Notes under the pieces: generated by a model
Database searches by the model: none
The model's input: the letters and a program-made list of their open reading frames with translations, nothing else
What the model was told of the DNA's origin: nothing
In this document: piece by piece, positions 59,981-64,000 of the stretch
How positions within the stretch are numbered: position 1 is the first letter of the stretch
How the letters are laid out: the number at the start of each line of letters is the position of its first letter
Position numbers and translations under genes: made by a program
Assembly (NCBI GenBank): GCA_964485395.1
Contig: CAZAJF010000015.1
Location: forward strand, 16,008 to 80,007
Length of the DNA: 64,000 bases
Source of the DNA: an uncultured Treponemataceae bacterium
Lineage (GTDB): Bacteria > Spirochaetota > Spirochaetia > Treponematales > UBA12059
Direction of reading: 5' to 3'

Positions 59981-60140
59981 AATATATGCTTCAAGATTTA
60001 TGCATAACTTCTTTTGTTTTATGCACTGTTCCTGATATAACGCTTTCCGCTCTTTTCTTGATTGATTTCAATTAATTTTTTATTTGCGTTTCGTCAAGAC
60101 TAAATGCGAAGATTATGGGCATATCAAATCCGACAAGCAT
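59975..60140 (-). pseudogene. AT-rich remnant, possibly a decayed cassette ORF
   Basis: Abrupt AT-rich stretch abutting the R'' end of the attC-like site; only short broken frames. Confidence 0.35.
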
Positions 60141-60222
60141 TTATCATGGGGTATACGCCAGTCCAGTCCCCAAAAACCCAGTAAATACCAAAGATGGACC
60201 TGGATATGATCCTCTGATTCTT

Positions 60223-60588
60223 TCAGCGGCCAGAGCGGGATTCCTGTTCGCGGCGGCTTAACAATACCTGAACTCCCATGCCCAGCTCTGAATGCAGATA
60301 TTCCAGCTCGGCCATCGTTCCTACGAGTTCGAGCTCCAACTCGTCACGGCGGCGGCCGGCAAGGGTTCCGTAATAGCTGGCGATTTCCGGCTGTACGGGA
60401 CCGGCAAAAATATTCTTGAGGTATTCGATATCTTCGGGCAGCAACAACAAATCCTTCGCGGTAATGGCGCAATAGGAGCGCTCCTTGCCGATATCGTAGT
60501 TGGTGCTGACGCTAGTAGCCCCTTTTGCTATGAAATACTTAAGGAATTCCTCGGCTGCCCTCATCAGTTGGACGGAATCAAACCTCAT
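60223..60588 (-). CDS. Hypothetical protein, partner of DUF1576
   Basis: Overlaps the DUF1576 stop; GGAGG SD; 'YYGTLAG...ELELVGTM'. Confidence 0.75.
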   Translation of the reverse strand: MRFDSVQLMRAAEEFLKYFIAKGATSVSTNYDIGKERSYCAITAKDLLLLPEDIEYLKNIFAGPVQPEIASYYGTLAGRRRDELELELVGTMAELEYLHSELGMGVQVLLSRREQESRSGR

Positions 60589-61870
60589 GAGCCCTCCATT
60601 CGCGCAGCCATTCCAGGATGGGTATCATGAGGCCAGCCACTATTCCGCCGGAGAAGCCGTTGTTGTAGAGGTTGATGCCGCCATGTAAAACACCCACGGT
60701 CTGTACAAGCACAAAGTGTAAATTCCCCGCTATAAAACCGGCAAACATGCCGTAGGTACCGCTTATGGGAGCCAAGGTTGCGGCAAACAGCATTGCCAGC
60801 AGACTGGTTGGACTGTTGATGTCGTAGCCGGAAACCAGAGCCATGGCAACCGCCCCGAGCATCGGAGGAAGGGCGTTTCTAGGATGCTTGCCAAAGGCCG
60901 CAAAGCCGGTAATCGTAAGGACTCCGCCGAGTATAGGTCCGTTCCAGGGAGCCCCGACAAGCGTAATCAAGCCGAAACTGAGCCCTGCCATCATGGACAT
61001 GTTTATGAGCGTCAAACCCAAGCCGTGTAAGCGCACGAAGTCGCTGACTAGACGGCCGGAGGAGGCGAGCAGTTTGCCGTAGCTTTTATACCAATGCCTG
61101 TCCAGAACGCAGCCGGCGGTGAACAAGCCGGCGACGAGCATTCCAACCAAGACCAGCACGATACTCGGCCGTGCCGTTGACCAGGCGAATCCGCCGGAGA
61201 GCGAAATGCCGAAAGCCTTGAACAATGCCAGTGATATAGTGCCTACGAAGCCTGCGGTAAAACCGACGTTGTACAGATTGTAACCCCGATGAAAATCCAG
61301 GACATGGCGAGCCAGGGGTGACAGCACAAAACCGGCCAGTATCCCGCCAGGCACGGCCAGAATAAAATTCCAGGGGATTGGCAGTCCCATGCCAAAGGCT
61401 ATTTCGCTTACCAACGGAGCAAGGGCTGTTCCAAATAGGGCTACGAGAATGTGTTCGGAAAAAGGCCTGCGGTTGATTTTCGCGAAACAAAAAACTCCCA
61501 GCATCACCGGCAGTATGTTCATGGGGTTTTTGCCAAAGAGCGCAAAGCCGGATATCGTAAAAATGGCGGCGATAGCCGGGCCGGAAACCAGTACCCGTGT
61601 CAGGGACAGCAGCGAAAAACCGATGCCAGCGCAGAGAGCGGCATTGATCAGGGCGTGCCCGGGACTGGCCCGCTCGAAATAATCGTTGATGAGTATGTCC
61701 GGCTGGCGGATGATGTCCAGGAGTCCACTCAGCAAGGGGCGGCGGTCCACCAGCAGCACAATGAAGCCTGTCCCGGCCAAAAGTGCGAGGAACAAGTTTA
61801 TTAATAGCTTTGCTCTGCGGGAATCGATGACGATATCGGGCTTTTTAATTTTGATGCTTGAATCTATCAC
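60578..61870 (-). CDS. DUF1576-domain membrane protein
   Basis: Internal duplication 'GFALFGKN'/'GFAAFGKH' and 'HRGYNLYNVGF'/'HGGINLYNNGF'. Confidence 0.88.
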   Translation of the reverse strand: MIDSSIKIKKPDIVIDSRRAKLLINLFLALLAGTGFIVLLVDRRPLLSGLLDIIRQPDILINDYFERASPGHALINAALCAGIGFSLLSLTRVLVSGPAIAAIFTISGFALFGKNPMNILPVMLGVFCFAKINRRPFSEHILVALFGTALAPLVSEIAFGMGLPIPWNFILAVPGGILAGFVLSPLARHVLDFHRGYNLYNVGFTAGFVGTISLALFKAFGISLSGGFAWSTARPSIVLVLVGMLVAGLFTAGCVLDRHWYKSYGKLLASSGRLVSDFVRLHGLGLTLINMSMMAGLSFGLITLVGAPWNGPILGGVLTITGFAAFGKHPRNALPPMLGAVAMALVSGYDINSPTSLLAMLFAATLAPISGTYGMFAGFIAGNLHFVLVQTVGVLHGGINLYNNGFSGGIVAGLMIPILEWLREWRAHEV

Positions 61871-61876
61871 AGCAGT

Positions 61877-61905
61877 ATTTTAGGTTACTATGCCCGCCTT
61901 GTCAA
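61877..61905 (-). promoter_or_regulatory. Sigma70 promoter of the DUF1576 operon (leaderless)
   Basis: TTGACA-17 nt-TAAAAT, 6 nt before the GTG. Confidence 0.7.
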
Positions 61906-62101
61906 TTTTAAGCCTAGGGCTTATTCCATCTGGACGCACTCGCGACCTGTGCTCCACCGCTGGAATCGACTTGAGCCAACTGCCTCAACCGAATTAGGCT
62001 TGGCAAGAAGCTGAATTCGATCAGGTATTATCCGTGACAACAGGAATTGTCAGTTAAATGCATTTACCGGGCAAGCTTCCATACTTTAATTGCATAGTGC
62101 C

Positions 62102-62623
62102 TCATGAACTTTTCCAGACAAGACATTTATCATCGTTGTTAAGTTTTTTTATTTTTTTCCGAATGCCGACTGTTTCCTGCAAAACGATATTTATTTCTTC
62201 GTCTCCTGGAATATATTCTTTATAACCGTGTTTATGATAAAACATTCCTGACCATGGAGCCCACTTCTGATAATTCGTGGTAAATAAAGAAAAACCATTT
62301 TCGCGTCCATAGTTCTCAAATACATTCAATAATAATTCACCTATTCCTTTTCTTTGAATACTCCCCGAGACAAATAGAAGCTTTAAATGATATGATTTTG
62401 GAGTAAAAATAATTCCTGCCGCCACGCCAACTATATGATGGGCCTGTATCGCCAACCATACCATGCTGTCGGAGTCTGTAATTATTGCGTTAAGTTCTTC
62501 CGAAGTAATAGTGAAGCTATAATCATTAGGTGTCGTATCATGAAATATACTATAAGACTGTTTTATTAAATCCAATATACCGGAGGCGTCCAGTTGGGTT
62601 GCTAATCTCATTGATATTTCCAT
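62102..62623 (-). CDS. GNAT-family N-acetyltransferase (AT-rich, cassette-like)
   Basis: 'MRLAT..D', 'LFVSGSIQRKGIGELLL', 'FYHKHGY'. Confidence 0.88.
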   Translation of the reverse strand: MEISMRLATQLDASGILDLIKQSYSIFHDTTPNDYSFTITSEELNAIITDSDSMVWLAIQAHHIVGVAAGIIFTPKSYHLKLLFVSGSIQRKGIGELLLNVFENYGRENGFSLFTTNYQKWAPWSGMFYHKHGYKEYIPGDEEINIVLQETVGIRKKIKKLNNDDKCLVWKSS

Positions 62624-62650
62624 TTTTTATTCCTTGTGCGCGCAGCATCT

Positions 62651-62695
62651 CCCTAACATACGCTTAACTGTACAGTTGAAGCGATTGTCAGGTTT
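62651..62695 (-). mobile_element. attC-like site (Treponema-type arms, shortened)
   Basis: AAACCTGAC-AAT-CGCTTCAAC-TGTACA-GTTAAGCG-TAT-GTTAGGG, with one unpaired C in L''. Confidence 0.75.
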
Positions 62696-62733
62696 CCCGC
62701 AGGTACGTACCGGCCACATCGATTACAGTATTG

Positions 62734-63522
62734 TCATTTATCAATATATATCGTTCCTTTTTTATAAAGAACTGCATTTCCTGAAACGACAACATCATTA
62801 TCCCTATTTTCACAGAATAGATCCCCTTTTCGATGGGACAATTGCTTTGCTATTAATTTATCTTTTTTTAAAATGTTTGCCCAATACGGTATAAGAGAAC
62901 AATGGGCTGATCCTGTAACCGGATCTTCAAGTATTGTTGCTTGAGGCGTAAAAAATCTTGATACAAAATCAACGTCTTTACCAACTGAAGTAACGCACAA
63001 TCCACCTGGATCAAGATTTATCTGATTAAACTTCGTTGGATTAATTTCTATATTTTTTATTTGGTCCTCACTTTCATAAATGAACAGGTAATCTCTTGAT
63101 TTCAATACTGCGCCAGGCTTTATATTCACCGATTCAATAAGTATTTCAGGTGCATCGCAAAGCAAAGGATTTCTTTTGGGAAGAACCATATAGATTCGTT
63201 TATTATCGATATTAATATCAATTGTATCTGTTTCTGAAATGAAGCGGACATGATCAGAATGATCAATGAATTCTGCAACAACAAATGCCGCGGCTAGCGT
63301 GGCATGACCGCATAAATCCATTTCGATATCGGGCGTAAACCATCTTATCCTATATTCGCCTTTTGCTCCGATAATAAAAGCAGTTTCGGCAAGTCCATTT
63401 TCTCTGGCAATATTTAATAAGGTTTGCTTATCCAACCATTTATCAAGAACACAAACGCCAGCTGGATTTCCGCAAAAAAGCTTTTGTGTGAATGAATCAA
63501 TATGGTAGTAAGCAATATCCAT
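62734..63522 (-). CDS. PhzF-family isomerase/epimerase (AT-rich gene cassette)
   Basis: 'DSFT...GNPAGV', 'AETAF', 'RWFTP..EMDLCGHATLA', 'EDPVTGSAHC'. Confidence 0.95.
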   Translation of the reverse strand: MDIAYYHIDSFTQKLFCGNPAGVCVLDKWLDKQTLLNIARENGLAETAFIIGAKGEYRIRWFTPDIEMDLCGHATLAAAFVVAEFIDHSDHVRFISETDTIDINIDNKRIYMVLPKRNPLLCDAPEILIESVNIKPGAVLKSRDYLFIYESEDQIKNIEINPTKFNQINLDPGGLCVTSVGKDVDFVSRFFTPQATILEDPVTGSAHCSLIPYWANILKKDKLIAKQLSHRKGDLFCENRDNDVVVSGNAVLYKKGTIYIDK

Positions 63523-63547
63523 ATTTACTCCTATCGACCAGAAAACC

Positions 63548-63609
63548 TGACAACATTTATATTGAACCGGGTTTCGCGGCTTCGCGCGGCGAAACCCGGC
63601 TGTAATCTA
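63548..63609 (-). mobile_element. Truncated attC-like site / hairpin fused to the tyrS stop
   Basis: TAGATTACAG-CCGGGTTTCGC...GCGAAACCCGG-TTCAATATA-AAT-GTTGTCA; no R'' AAC box. Confidence 0.55.
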
Positions 63610-64000
63610 TTCCAGCACTACGCGCACGAAACGCTTTTTGCCTGCCCTTAGAATTACGCTGTCCGAGCCGCAAGAATCCAGCCCGACCGCCAATTTTTCG
63701 TCCTTCCAGCCGGTTTCGCCCACAACGGCCCCACCCTGCTGCACGAGTCGCCTCGCATCGCTCTTGCTCGGGCACAAGCCGGCATCCACGAATAGATCCA
63801 TGACTGGATAACCGGATGCAAACTTGGCCCGCGGGAGGGAAACGGTGGGCATAGCGGACAAGTCGCCCATTCCCCCGAAAGCGGCCTTTGCGCCTGCCAG
63901 GGCCTTGTCGGCTTCTTCCTTGCCGTGAATCAGCGCGGTAACTTCCCAGGCCAGGCGTTCTTTCGCATCGTTGATATTGAGGCCGGGCGCTACCAAAGCC
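63607..64000 (-). CDS. tyrS: Tyrosine--tRNA ligase, C-terminal part
   Basis: 'INDAKERLAWEVTALIHG'; S4 domain 'SKSDARRLVQQGG'; 'LRAGKKRF'. Confidence 0.93.
   Translation of the reverse strand, partial: ALVAPGLNINDAKERLAWEVTALIHGKEEADKALAGAKAAFGGMGDLSAMPTVSLPRAKFASGYPVMDLFVDAGLCPSKSDARRLVQQGGAVVGETGWKDEKLAVGLDSCGSDSVILRAGKKRFVRVVLE

Noticed and set aside
61906-62101. Possible ncRNA or attC downstream of GNAT (AAGCCTA...TAGGCTT)
   Set aside because: Only a 7-bp inverted repeat, with no AAC...GTT attC layout or recognisable RNA motif

Overview
GC-rich chromosomal segment, most likely from a spirochaete (Treponema/Spirochaetales-like). That assignment is inferred from the gene families, the many lipoproteins, a TP0733-like barrel, tandem Maf genes and Treponema-type attC motifs. 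About 55 genes, mostly housekeeping: coaX, hisS, trmB, cca, a class A PBP, rarA, folC, asnS, dacA, a mutY-like gene, an Rrf2-iscS-nifU operon, a BMP/ABC uptake operon, an M16C peptidase, an ABC-F and the 3' end of tyrS. I found no rRNA, tRNA, CRISPR array, transposase or integrase. Most notable: (1) a decayed, integrase-less integron cassette array directly behind the tyrS stop codon, with three co-oriented attC-like sites and promoterless AT-rich PhzF and GNAT cassettes; the PhzF cassette ends are complementary at 11 of 12 bases. (2) A gene split at an A10 / A_AAA_AAG slippery site with a 3' hairpin (candidate -1 frameshift), translationally coupled to a 757-aa acidic, probably disordered protein and followed by two Maf paralogues. 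(3) A dispersed 29-bp REP-like palindrome family with a compensatory change. (4) Several apparently leaderless genes, including a 6-codon mini-ORF coupled to a radical SAM/SPASM gene. (5) Unusual pairings: beta-barrel + lipoprotein caspase, RimK-like ligase + folC, repeat lipoprotein + FecR-domain protein, and a Cys-tailed MerR. All family calls come from reading motifs by eye; no database search was run.
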